A DNA stretch of 64,000 nucleotides from Spirochaetia bacterium (GTDB lineage Bacteria; Spirochaetota; Spirochaetia; SZUA-6; Bin103): contig CBDATQ010000001.1 of NCBI GenBank assembly GCA_965199955.1, positions 384,001 through 448,000 on the forward strand. The letters run 5' to 3'. The notes beneath the pieces are model-generated. The model did not search any database. It saw nothing but the letters and a program-made list of their open reading frames with translations, and was not told the DNA's origin. The translations under genes and the position numbers were made by a program. Shown in pieces: positions 51,196-60,197 of this stretch (position 1 is the stretch's first letter; each line of letters starts with the position of its first letter).

Positions 51196-52191
51196 GTGAC
51201 CGCGCCTCTCGCCAGGCGCCGCCTGGGCCGGACGGGTCTGCAGGTGACGGAGCTCGGACTCGGGGGCGTGTTCGTGCGGACGGCCGTCACCGCGCCCGGC
51301 GAAGGAGTGCGGGTCGTGCGGCGGGCGCTGGAGCTGGGGGTCGACTACCTCGACACCGCTCCCCTCTACGGCGATTCGCAGCGGGTGCTGGGCGAAGCGC
51401 TGCAGGACGTCACGGCGCCTTACGCGCTCGGCGCCAAGTGCGGGCGCTGGGACTGGGAGGCCGGCCCGTACCGGTCCCTCGACGCGTTCAAGCGCCAGTT
51501 CGAGCAGACGCAGCGCGATCTGCGGCGCGATGCGGTCGACATCCTGTACATCCACGAAGCGGACTGGGCGCCGTACTGGACGGACATGAGCGTCCCCCGA
51601 ACCGCGCAGTTCCTGGAGGCGGATGCGGAGTACGACTTCGATGGAGCCCCGGTCGCGGCGTTTCTCCGGTGGGTGAAGGACCAGGGCATGACCCGCTTCC
51701 TGGGCATCTCGGGCAACAACGCCCACCTGCTGGCGAAGGTCCTGCGCGAGATGGAAACGCCGATCGACGTGGTGCTGACCGCCTTTCAGTACAGCCTGGT
51801 GTGGCGCAACGCGACGCGCGACCTCATTCCGCTCGCCGCCGAGCTCGACGTCGGGATCGTGCTGGGCGCACCGCTGCAGCAGGGGCTCCTGGCCCAGCCG
51901 CACCCCGAGTGGCTCGACGACCCGCCCGATTGGATGGATGAGGATCTGCGCGACCGCTACGAGCGGCTGTACGCCATCCAGGCCGAGACCGGCCTGAGCC
52001 TCGCCGAGCTTGCGATCCGTTTCCTCCTGCGCGACCGCAGGTTCGCGTCCGTCATCCCCGGCGCGGCGACGATCGAGCAGATCGATGAGAACGTCCGCTG
52101 TGCGACCGCCGGTCCGCTGCCCGACGAGCTGCACGCCAGGCTCGACGCGCTCGGGCGGGTATACGAACCCGAGGCGCGCCTGAAGGGATGA
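51196..52191 (+). CDS. Aldo/keto reductase
   Basis: RRRLGRTGLQVTELGLGG, YLDTAPLYG, ILYIHE, VIPGA. Confidence 0.92.
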   Translation: MTAPLARRRLGRTGLQVTELGLGGVFVRTAVTAPGEGVRVVRRALELGVDYLDTAPLYGDSQRVLGEALQDVTAPYALGAKCGRWDWEAGPYRSLDAFKRQFEQTQRDLRRDAVDILYIHEADWAPYWTDMSVPRTAQFLEADAEYDFDGAPVAAFLRWVKDQGMTRFLGISGNNAHLLAKVLREMETPIDVVLTAFQYSLVWRNATRDLIPLAAELDVGIVLGAPLQQGLLAQPHPEWLDDPPDWMDEDLRDRYERLYAIQAETGLSLAELAIRFLLRDRRFASVIPGAATIEQIDENVRCATAGPLPDELHARLDALGRVYEPEARLKG

Positions 52192-52239
52192 CGGGTATCA
52201 CCACTCGGTCGAACTGACGGCGTTCGAGCGCCGGGCGGA

Positions 52240-53070
52240 TCAGCGGGTTTCGGCGCCGAACTTCCAGATGCTCCTGGCCGTCTCCGCGAACAGCCAGCGC
52301 TTGTCCTCCTCGGTGAGGAACGCCATGTGGTCGCGGAACAGCTCCAGGCCGCGGCCGTAGCCGATGTCGGCGAAGATGTGCGGGAAGTCCGTGCCCCACA
52401 TCAGACGCCGCGGGCCGAAGGCGTCGTAGATCCGCTCGTACACGGCGTGCTGGTCCGTGAACGGATAGGGGCCGGCCGCCCGCGCGGCCTGGGGCGTGAA
52501 CTTCACGTAGACGTTCGGGTACCTCGCCAAGTCGAGGACGTTGCGGAGCAGCGGCTCGGATGGATCCGCTTCGAACAGGGCCCCGCCCAAGTGGTCGAGA
52601 ACCACCGGGACGCCGGGGTGGCGGGCGATGATGGGCTCGACGGCCGGCTGCTTGTCCGCCGGGCCGAAGCTCAGGAAGCTGGCGCCCAGCTCCTCGGCCT
52701 TGCGCCAGATCGGGTCCTGCGATGGAGCGGCCCACTCGGCCGGATCGTCGGCGCGCGACAGGTGCATGCGCAGCCCCTCGAAGCCGTCCTCGGTGACCAG
52801 GCGCTCCAGCCGCTCGACCGCGTCGGGGGCGTTGCGGTCCATGACCGCTATGCCCGAGAACCGGCCCGGATAGCGGGCCAGGCAGTCGGCCGTGTAGCGG
52901 TTGTCGAACAGGTAGTGGATGGACTGGACCAGGCACGCCTTGTCGACGCCGTGCCGCTCCATGGTCCGCAGCAGCAGCTCGACGCTGCCGTCCTGCGACG
53001 GGCCGTCGCCCGCCCACGGATAGCGCTGCGGGTCGTCGCTCCAGACGTGCAGATGGCTGTCGATGATCAT
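52240..53070 (-). CDS. Amidohydrolase_2 family protein (lactonase-like)
   Basis: IIDSHLHVW, VLDHLG, RLMWGTDFP. Confidence 0.92.
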   Translation of the reverse strand: MIIDSHLHVWSDDPQRYPWAGDGPSQDGSVELLLRTMERHGVDKACLVQSIHYLFDNRYTADCLARYPGRFSGIAVMDRNAPDAVERLERLVTEDGFEGLRMHLSRADDPAEWAAPSQDPIWRKAEELGASFLSFGPADKQPAVEPIIARHPGVPVVLDHLGGALFEADPSEPLLRNVLDLARYPNVYVKFTPQAARAAGPYPFTDQHAVYERIYDAFGPRRLMWGTDFPHIFADIGYGRGLELFRDHMAFLTEEDKRWLFAETARSIWKFGAETR

Positions 53071-53173
53071 GCGAAGTTTCCCGCCCGCAGCATATATCGC
53101 GGCGCCGGGACGCGGCCATGCCGGCGGTGCTACGCTGGACGAGCCCGCAGAGTTCGAGAAAAGGACGGAACGG

Positions 53174-53974
53174 ATGATCAAGATCGGCTGCAACTCACTG
53201 AGCATGCGGGACATGGGCGTCGAGGACTTCATCAGGACCTGCTACGAGCTGCGCATGGACAGCATCGACTTCCACGAGTCGGCGTTCGCGTCCCGGGAGC
53301 CTGCGTATCTCGCGTCGATCAGGCTGCTGTGTCTGAAGTACGGCCTGCCGATCGCCTACATCGGCGTCAGCGGGCTGTTCCACGGCACGGCCGATGAGCG
53401 CAGGGCGCACGCCGACAAGGCGAAGGGCGTGATCGACCTGGCGGCCTTCCTCGGCGCACCGCTCATCCGCATGTTCTGCGCGACCGTCCCGGAGAAGAAC
53501 GGCGACGGCGAGCCGGCCTGGCCGGCCATGATCGCCGGCTACCGGGAGGTGGCCGACTACGGCGCCGGGCGCGGCGTGTCCATCGGCCTGCAGAACCACC
53601 CCGTTACCGGAGACGACATGCTGCGCATCCGCAAGGACGTGGACCGCGAGAACTTCAACTTCCTCGTGGACACCGGGCAATGGGTGGGATCGCCCGGATC
53701 GCAGCCGGTGGGAGTCACCGATCCGGCGCACGACTTCTACGGCTACATGGAGCAGACCGTGCCGTACGCCACCTGCATCCGCACGAAGTTCTACCGGATC
53801 GAGAGCGGTCGCGAGGAGTGGCTGGACTACGAGCGGATCGTCTCGATCATCAGGAACGCGAACTACAACGGCTGCCTGTCGATCGTGTACGAAGGCAAGC
53901 AGCCGGACCACGTGGAGCAGGTCCGCCTGGCGGCCGCGTACCTGCGCGAGCTGTTCGGCGCCGACCGCTGCTGA
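53174..53974 (+). CDS. Sugar phosphate isomerase/epimerase (TIM barrel)
   Basis: LGAPLIRMF, GLQNH, LVDTG, LSIVYEG. Confidence 0.85.
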   Translation: MIKIGCNSLSMRDMGVEDFIRTCYELRMDSIDFHESAFASREPAYLASIRLLCLKYGLPIAYIGVSGLFHGTADERRAHADKAKGVIDLAAFLGAPLIRMFCATVPEKNGDGEPAWPAMIAGYREVADYGAGRGVSIGLQNHPVTGDDMLRIRKDVDRENFNFLVDTGQWVGSPGSQPVGVTDPAHDFYGYMEQTVPYATCIRTKFYRIESGREEWLDYERIVSIIRNANYNGCLSIVYEGKQPDHVEQVRLAAAYLRELFGADRC

Positions 53975-53976
53975 CG

Positions 53977-55077
53977 CTATCGAAAGCGGAACAGGATGGT
54001 GTCGCCATCGCGCACTTGGTAGTCGCGGCCCTCGACGCGTAGCAGGCCAGCCTCGCGCGCCTGCGCCATGCCGCCGCACTCGGAGAGGTCCTGGTAGCCG
54101 ACCACCTCGGCGCGGATGAAGCCCTGCTCCATGTCGCTGTGCACGCTGCCGGCGGCCCGCGCGGCGCCGGTGCCGTCCGGGATCGCCCAGGCGTGCGCCT
54201 CGGTCTCGTTGGCCGTGAAGAACGTGATCAGGCCGAGGAGGCGGTAGGCGTGGCGCACCAGCCGGTCTATGCCACGCTCGGCGATGCCGGCGTCGGTCAG
54301 GAACTCGGCCGCCTCGTCGGGCTCCAGATCGCCGACCTCCGCCTCCAGGTCGGCGCAGACCGCCATCGCGTCCGCCCCGCCACCCGTCTGGCCGGCGGCA
54401 TGCGCGTGCACGGCAGCGACGCGCTCGTCGCCGGCGCCGATGAGCTCCTCCCCGGTGTTGATGACGTAGATGATCGGCTTGCCGGTGAGCAGGAACAGCT
54501 CGCCCAGCAGCTCGCGATCGCCCGGCTCCGGATCGATGGCTCGTGCCGGAGTGCCGGCGTCCAGCGCCTCCCTGAAGCGGTCCAGCCGCGACAGTTCGTC
54601 CCGTGCGTCCTTCTCGCCGGCGTGGGCGCGCCGCACCGTGCGCTCGCGCCGCCGCTCGATGGTGCCCAGGTCGGCCAGCGATAGCTCGGTCTCCACCGTC
54701 TGCGCGTCGGCGACCGGGTCGACCGAGCCCTCCGCACGCGGCACGCCTTCGCGCTCGAAGCAGCGGACCACGTGCGCGATCGCGTCGACCTCCCGGATGT
54801 GGCCCAGGAACCGGTTGCCGAGTCCCTCGCCGGTGCTGGCGCCGGCCACCAGGCCGGCGATGTCCACGAACTCGATCGCACTCGGCACCGCCCGCGGCGA
54901 CTCGAACAGGTGCCGGACCTCTTCGAGCCGCTCGTCGCGCACCTCGATCACGCCGACGTTGGGCTCGATCGTGCAGAACGGGTAAGCGGCCACGTCCGCC
55001 TGCCGGCTGCCGGTGAGGGCGTTGAACAGGGTGGACTTTCCGGCGTTGGGCAGCCCGACGATGCCGACGCTTAACAC
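53977..55077 (-). CDS. ychF: Ribosome-binding ATPase YchF
   Basis: GIVGLPNAGKSTLFNALT, YPFCTIEPN, DIAGLV, GLGNRFL, C-terminal TGS domain (GFIRAEV...EGRDYQVRDGD). Confidence 0.97.
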   Translation of the reverse strand: MLSVGIVGLPNAGKSTLFNALTGSRQADVAAYPFCTIEPNVGVIEVRDERLEEVRHLFESPRAVPSAIEFVDIAGLVAGASTGEGLGNRFLGHIREVDAIAHVVRCFEREGVPRAEGSVDPVADAQTVETELSLADLGTIERRRERTVRRAHAGEKDARDELSRLDRFREALDAGTPARAIDPEPGDRELLGELFLLTGKPIIYVINTGEELIGAGDERVAAVHAHAAGQTGGGADAMAVCADLEAEVGDLEPDEAAEFLTDAGIAERGIDRLVRHAYRLLGLITFFTANETEAHAWAIPDGTGAARAAGSVHSDMEQGFIRAEVVGYQDLSECGGMAQAREAGLLRVEGRDYQVRDGDTILFRFR

Positions 55078-55195
55078 GGTGGCATTACCCTACCGCACCG
55101 GAGCATCCTGACAATACGACATAGTCGCAGTGTGAGGCGGGAACCGCCCGCGAGAGGGATAGACACGAAACTCAACGCACCATGAGACTTCGTAC

Positions 55196-56272
55196 GTGCG
55201 CGTCCTGTTCCTGGAGCCGTTTGACGGGGGCTCGCACCGGGAGTTCATCGCAGGCCTGCAGGAGCACTCGCGGCATGCGATCGACGTGCAGAGCCTGCCG
55301 GCGCGTTTGTGGAAGTGGCGGCTGCGGGCGGCGGGGCTGACGCTGGCGCAACGGGTGGAACATCCGGAGCGGTACGATCTGGTGGTCGCGACCGGTCTGC
55401 TGGATCTGGCGCAGGTGCGGGCGGTGTGGGGGGCGCCTGCGCCTCCGGTGCTGCTGTATCTGCACGAGAGTCAGATTTCCTACCCCGTGCCGCCGGGCGG
55501 GTCCACGGGGGCGGAGCTTCTGTGGAGGGACGTGACGAACGTGGCCGTGGCCGATCACGTGGTCTTCAACTCGGAGTTCCACCGCATGGCGTTTCGCACG
55601 CGGCTGCCAGAGGTGATCAAGCAGCTTCCAGACGAGGAGGCGCGGCCGGAGGTGCCGCTGGCGGAGCTCGATCGGCGCTCGAGCGTGCTCTATCCGGGTT
55701 GCCGGTTCGAGGACGCCGGGGCGGCAGGCCCTCCGGAAGGGCCGCCGGTGGTGATCTGGAACCACCGCTGGGAGTTCGACAAGGATCCCGGGATCTTCGT
55801 CGATGTCCTTGCGGAGGTGGCGCGCCGCGGGGTGCCGTTCGGGGTGGCGCTGCTGGGCGAGCGCCTGATCCCGGAGCCGGATGCGCTGGTGCAGGCTCGG
55901 GCTGCGATGGCCGGCCGCATCGTCTTCGACGGGTTTCCTCCGCGGTCGGAGTACCTGCGCCAGCTCGCGCGCGGCAGCGTCGTGGTGTCCACGGCGGTGC
56001 AGGAGAACTTCGGAATCGCGGTCATGGAGGCCATTCACGCCGGCTGCATGCCGCTCCTCCCCCGCCGGCTTGTCTATCCGGAGCTGATCCCGCCGGAGTT
56101 GAACGACCGCTGCCTGTACGACGGCCCGGAAGACTTGGTCGAGCGGCTCGCGCGGGAACTGCAGTCTCCGGGGACCGAGCGCGACCGGTGGCGGCGGATC
56201 GCCGCGCGTCACGCGTGGCCGCGCGTGATCGACGCCTACGACGAGCTGTTCGAGACGGTGGCGCGCGCGTAG
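55196..56272 (+). CDS. DUF3524 + GT-B glycosyltransferase (GTDC1/QTMAN-like)
   Basis: LEPFDGGSH, LPARLWKWRLR, YLHESQISYP, VFNSEFH, IWNHRWEFDK, ENFGIAVMEA, PRRLVYPE. Confidence 0.88.
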   Translation: MRVLFLEPFDGGSHREFIAGLQEHSRHAIDVQSLPARLWKWRLRAAGLTLAQRVEHPERYDLVVATGLLDLAQVRAVWGAPAPPVLLYLHESQISYPVPPGGSTGAELLWRDVTNVAVADHVVFNSEFHRMAFRTRLPEVIKQLPDEEARPEVPLAELDRRSSVLYPGCRFEDAGAAGPPEGPPVVIWNHRWEFDKDPGIFVDVLAEVARRGVPFGVALLGERLIPEPDALVQARAAMAGRIVFDGFPPRSEYLRQLARGSVVVSTAVQENFGIAVMEAIHAGCMPLLPRRLVYPELIPPELNDRCLYDGPEDLVERLARELQSPGTERDRWRRIAARHAWPRVIDAYDELFETVARA

Positions 56273-58473
56273 ATCACCGGTCGTCGCCACGTGACGGTGT
56301 GGCCGATCGCGGCAGCGGCGGCCGCCTGCAGGGCCGTCAGGTCGTCCGGTGACAGCTCCTGGCGGAGCGCTTGCGCGAGCGGCCCGGACCGGCTCTCGCT
56401 GCCGAGCAGCCGGTCGATCCATGCTTGGCTGACCTGGATGTCGGTGCGGAGGGGCTCCTCCTCGACCTCGATCTCCGCGAAGCCGGCCGCCTGCAGCATC
56501 GCCTGCAGTCGTGCGGGCGTCAGTGACGCGGCCTCCGCGATGTCCTGCTGCACCCGGTCCACCCGCTCGGCCAGATCGCGGCGGGCCGCGGGCAGCGGGA
56601 ACAGCTCCGTCAGAGCCGGGAACGACGCGCCGTCGGTCTCGCCGAGCGACAGCGTTCCGTCGGGGGCCATCGCTGCGTGCAGCGTGCGCAGCCCGGCCTC
56701 CGGGTCGTCGAGCCGCGCCAGCGCGCTCCGGCCGACCGCAGCATCGAAGCGCACCGCCCCGGAGCCGTTCTCCGCCAGCAGCTCACCCAACCGGGACAGG
56801 CCGTCGGCGAGCAGCACGGGGCGTTCGTCTTCCGGCACCGCTTCGACCATCTGCCGCGCCATCGTCAGGTGGTCGGCCGACGGCGACAGCGCGTAGACGC
56901 CGCCCTCCGGCGCGCGGCGCAGAAGCTCCCAGGTCAACAGCCCCGTGCCCATCGCCAAGTCCAGCACCACGTGGTGGCGGCGGAGCCGCGCGCCGTCGAG
57001 CACGCGGTCGCGGATCGACGCCAGCGCCGTGGGCCGGCCGACGGCGACGCGGGCCAGCCAGCGCTCGCGCTCGTCGGCCACCCGCGCGCCGGCCGAGGTG
57101 AGCCCCTCGACCGGTCCGTCGTCGTCGAGCATGGCGGCGAGCTGCTCCTCGCGGCGGCGAGCCACCTGCAGCGCCAGCTCCCCCTCGTATCCCATCTCCG
57201 AGGGCTGGTAGAACACGCGGCCGGCCAGCGCGCCCGGAAGGTAGCGCTGCGCCACCCAATGGTCGCGGAACGCGTGCGGATAGGCGTAGCCGGCCCCGTG
57301 GCCGAACCCCTCGGCGTCGCGGCTGGCGTCGCGCAGGTGGGTCGGCACCTCGCCCGGCGCCTCGCTGCCGACGGCGTTGAGGGCGTCGAAGAAGCCCATG
57401 GCGGAGTTGCTCTTGGGCGCGGTCGCCAGGTACAGGGCGGCCTCCGCCAGGTGGAAGCGGCCCTCCGGCATGCCCACGTAGTCGAACGCCTGCGCGCAGC
57501 CGGCGATCACGCCCACCGCCCGCGGATCGGCCAGGCCCACGTCCTCGGCGGCCAGGATCAGCATGCGCCGGAACAGGAAGCGCGGATCCTCGCCTGCGTA
57601 GACCATGCGCGCCAGCCAGTACAGCGAGGCGTCGGGGTCGGAGCCGCGCACGCTCTTGATGAAGGCGCTGATCGTGTCGTAGTGGGCGTCGCCGTCCTTG
57701 TCGTAGAGCACGGCCCGCCGCTGGATGGACTCCTCGGCCACGGCCAGGTCGACGACGATCGGCCCGCCGGCCGGGTCGGTGGTCTCCACCGCCAGCTCCA
57801 GGGCGTTGAGCAGGCTGCGGGCGTCGCCCGAGGCGACATCCACCAGGTGCTCCAGCGCCTCGGGCCGCAGGTCGACCTGGAGGCGGCCGTAGCCGCGCTC
57901 GCCGTCTTCCAGGGCGCGCGCGGCGAGCGCGCGCAGGTCGCCGGTTTCCAGCGCCAGGAGCTGGAAGATGCGGCTGCGGCTCACCAGCGGCTTGATCACC
58001 TCGAAGTACGGGTTCTCGGTGGTGGCGCCGATCAGGATCACCGTGCCGGCCTCCACCCACGGCAGCAGCGCGTCCTGCTGCGCCTTGTTCCAGCGGTGCA
58101 CCTCGTCCACGAACAGGATGGTCCGGCGGCCGTGCCGGTCGGCGTGCTCGCCGGCCTCCTTGATCGCCTCGCGCAGGTCCTTGACCCCGGCCAGCACGGC
58201 GTTGATGGCAATGAAGTGCGCGCGGGTGGTGTTGGCGATGACCCGCGCCAGCGTCGTCTTGCCGGTCCCCGGGGGTCCGTAGAGGATGATCGAGGAGAGC
58301 TGGTCGGCTTCGATCGCGCGGCGCAGCAGCCGCCCCGGCCCGATGATGTGCTGCTGGCCGGCCACCTCGTCCAGGGTGCGCGGCCGCATGCGCGCGGCCA
58401 GCGGTTGCGCACGGTCGAAGCCGTCCAGCACGGGCGCCTCGCGTCGATCGGCCTCGCTTCGTTTGGACGGCAT
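56236..58473 (-). CDS. rarA: RarA/MgsA recombination ATPase fused to a C-terminal SAM-methyltransferase-like domain
   Basis: PLAARMRP, GPPGTGKT, DEVHRWNKAQQD, ISAFIKSVRGSDPD, VPTHLRD; C-terminal VLDLAMGTGLL. Confidence 0.93.
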   Translation of the reverse strand: MPSKRSEADRREAPVLDGFDRAQPLAARMRPRTLDEVAGQQHIIGPGRLLRRAIEADQLSSIILYGPPGTGKTTLARVIANTTRAHFIAINAVLAGVKDLREAIKEAGEHADRHGRRTILFVDEVHRWNKAQQDALLPWVEAGTVILIGATTENPYFEVIKPLVSRSRIFQLLALETGDLRALAARALEDGERGYGRLQVDLRPEALEHLVDVASGDARSLLNALELAVETTDPAGGPIVVDLAVAEESIQRRAVLYDKDGDAHYDTISAFIKSVRGSDPDASLYWLARMVYAGEDPRFLFRRMLILAAEDVGLADPRAVGVIAGCAQAFDYVGMPEGRFHLAEAALYLATAPKSNSAMGFFDALNAVGSEAPGEVPTHLRDASRDAEGFGHGAGYAYPHAFRDHWVAQRYLPGALAGRVFYQPSEMGYEGELALQVARRREEQLAAMLDDDGPVEGLTSAGARVADERERWLARVAVGRPTALASIRDRVLDGARLRRHHVVLDLAMGTGLLTWELLRRAPEGGVYALSPSADHLTMARQMVEAVPEDERPVLLADGLSRLGELLAENGSGAVRFDAAVGRSALARLDDPEAGLRTLHAAMAPDGTLSLGETDGASFPALTELFPLPAARRDLAERVDRVQQDIAEAASLTPARLQAMLQAAGFAEIEVEEEPLRTDIQVSQAWIDRLLGSESRSGPLAQALRQELSPDDLTALQAAAAAAIGHTVTWRRPVIYARATVSNSSS

Positions 58474-58495
58474 CGCTCGGGTAGACTCGCAGACT

Positions 58496-59203
58496 ATGAG
58501 TGATTCCGCACGCGATCTGGCGATTCAGACCTACTGCCTGCGCGGCTATACCGACTCCCGCGTCGTGGCGCAGAAGGTGGCAGACCTGGGACTGGCGCAC
58601 GTCGAGCTCCACGCCGGCGACCCCGCAGCGTTCCTGGAGGCCGGCATCGGCATCGTCAGCACCGGCGTGACCACCCTGAGCGGCGACGCCGACGCGATGC
58701 GCGGCAGCCTGGAGCTCCCCCGGCGGCTGGGCCTGGGCCTGGTCAGCGCCGACTTCCGGCCGGCGTTCTCACCCGAGGCGTTCCGCACCGCCGAGCGGGT
58801 GGCGGGCGAGCTGGGGCTGCGGCTGGCGCTGCACAACCATGGCGGCGGCCACTGGCTGGGGTCCGAGGCCATGCTGGAGCTGCTGCTCGAGTCCACGGGA
58901 CCGGAGATCGGCGTGATGCTCGACACCGCCTGGGCCATCGACGCCCGCGCCGACCCGATCGAGCTGGCGCGGCTGGCCGGCGACCGGCTGTACGGCGTGC
59001 ACGTCAAGGACTTCGTCTACCGCGAGGGGCGCGAACCCATCGACGTCGTGGTCGGCACGGGCAACCTGGACATGCCGGGACTGGCCGCCGCCCTGGACGA
59101 CATCGGCTTCGACGGCCCGCTGATCCTGGAGTACGAGGGCGAGGTCGAAAATCCGATGCCGGCGCTCACAAGCTGCGTGCAGGCGATGCGCTGCGTCTGG
59201 TGA
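58496..59203 (+). CDS. Sugar phosphate isomerase/epimerase (TIM barrel)
   Basis: IQTYCLR, LALHNHG, LDTAW, VHVKD, ILEYE. Confidence 0.88.
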   Translation: MSDSARDLAIQTYCLRGYTDSRVVAQKVADLGLAHVELHAGDPAAFLEAGIGIVSTGVTTLSGDADAMRGSLELPRRLGLGLVSADFRPAFSPEAFRTAERVAGELGLRLALHNHGGGHWLGSEAMLELLLESTGPEIGVMLDTAWAIDARADPIELARLAGDRLYGVHVKDFVYREGREPIDVVVGTGNLDMPGLAAALDDIGFDGPLILEYEGEVENPMPALTSCVQAMRCVW

Positions 59204-59273
59204 CAGGCAAGGATCAGCGGAGAGCGATGTCCCGCCATCTGTCGCTGCGGGCGCGCGATGGTACGATGTGGCC

Positions 59274-60179
59274 ATGACGGAAGACTCGTTTCTCGACCGT
59301 TATCAGGAAGAAGGCTACGCGATACAGCGCGGCCTCGTGACGGCGGCTGACCTGGACCCGGTGCGCGCGTTCCTGGCCGCGGAGGTGGACGCCTACGCCC
59401 GCCGCATGCTGGCCGAGGGAGAGATTCGCTCACTGCACGCCGAGCAGCCGTTCGAGCGGCGGTTCGCGGCCATCTGCCGGGAGATGGACGTCTCGCCCCG
59501 GAGCTGGATCGGGAGCGTGTTCGATCGGGTCTTCTACGATCTGTACCGGCATCCGGCCATCCTGCGGGTACTGCGCGAGTTGATCGGCCCGGAGGTGGTG
59601 CAGCTCGGCGCGCTGAACATCCGCACCAAGCTGCCGGAGGCGGAGATCACCTCCTTCCCCTGGCACCAGGACAGCCACTACTACAACGAGCCGTCCCGCG
59701 GAAGGCGGACCGGCTCCACCGAGGAGGCGCACATCGTCACGGTCTGGGTGCCGCTGGTGAACGCGAACGTGGAGAACGGCTGCGTGTGGGTGCTGCCCGG
59801 CAGCCACCGCTGGGGCCTGATCGACGCGGCGCGCGGCGAGGACCTGAACGTGCGCGCCACCGAGGACGTCGAGCGGCGCGGCACGCCGACGCCGGTGGAG
59901 ATGCGGGTGGGTGATGTCCTGTTCCTGACCAACCTCACCTTTCATGCCAGCAAGATGAACCGGACCGACGCATCGCGCTGGAGCGTCGATTTCCGCTATC
60001 ACGCCGCGCCTGCCACGCTGAGCTCCGGGCCGCGCGTTGCGCTGGAGGAGCTGCACGACCGCTTTCGGGCCTCCGGCCGCGAGTCGCTGACGGTGTTGAG
60101 CTCAGGCCCGACGCCCACGTGGGAGGAGTGGCGCGATGCCACCAACCGGGCGCGGGAGCAGGCGGCCGCCGACCGCTGA
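59274..60179 (+). CDS. Phytanoyl-CoA dioxygenase (PhyH) family Fe/2OG dioxygenase
   Basis: PWHQDSHY, VWVPL...NGCVWVLPGSH, GDVLFL...HAS..N...RWS. Confidence 0.92.
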   Translation: MTEDSFLDRYQEEGYAIQRGLVTAADLDPVRAFLAAEVDAYARRMLAEGEIRSLHAEQPFERRFAAICREMDVSPRSWIGSVFDRVFYDLYRHPAILRVLRELIGPEVVQLGALNIRTKLPEAEITSFPWHQDSHYYNEPSRGRRTGSTEEAHIVTVWVPLVNANVENGCVWVLPGSHRWGLIDAARGEDLNVRATEDVERRGTPTPVEMRVGDVLFLTNLTFHASKMNRTDASRWSVDFRYHAAPATLSSGPRVALEELHDRFRASGRESLTVLSSGPTPTWEEWRDATNRAREQAAADR

Positions 60180-60197
60180 CGCCCGGTCCGGCCCGGG

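Noticed and set aside
55095..55190. Small hairpins in the ychF-glycosyltransferase intergenic region as a possible ncRNA
   Set aside because: Stems are short and expected by chance at this GC content
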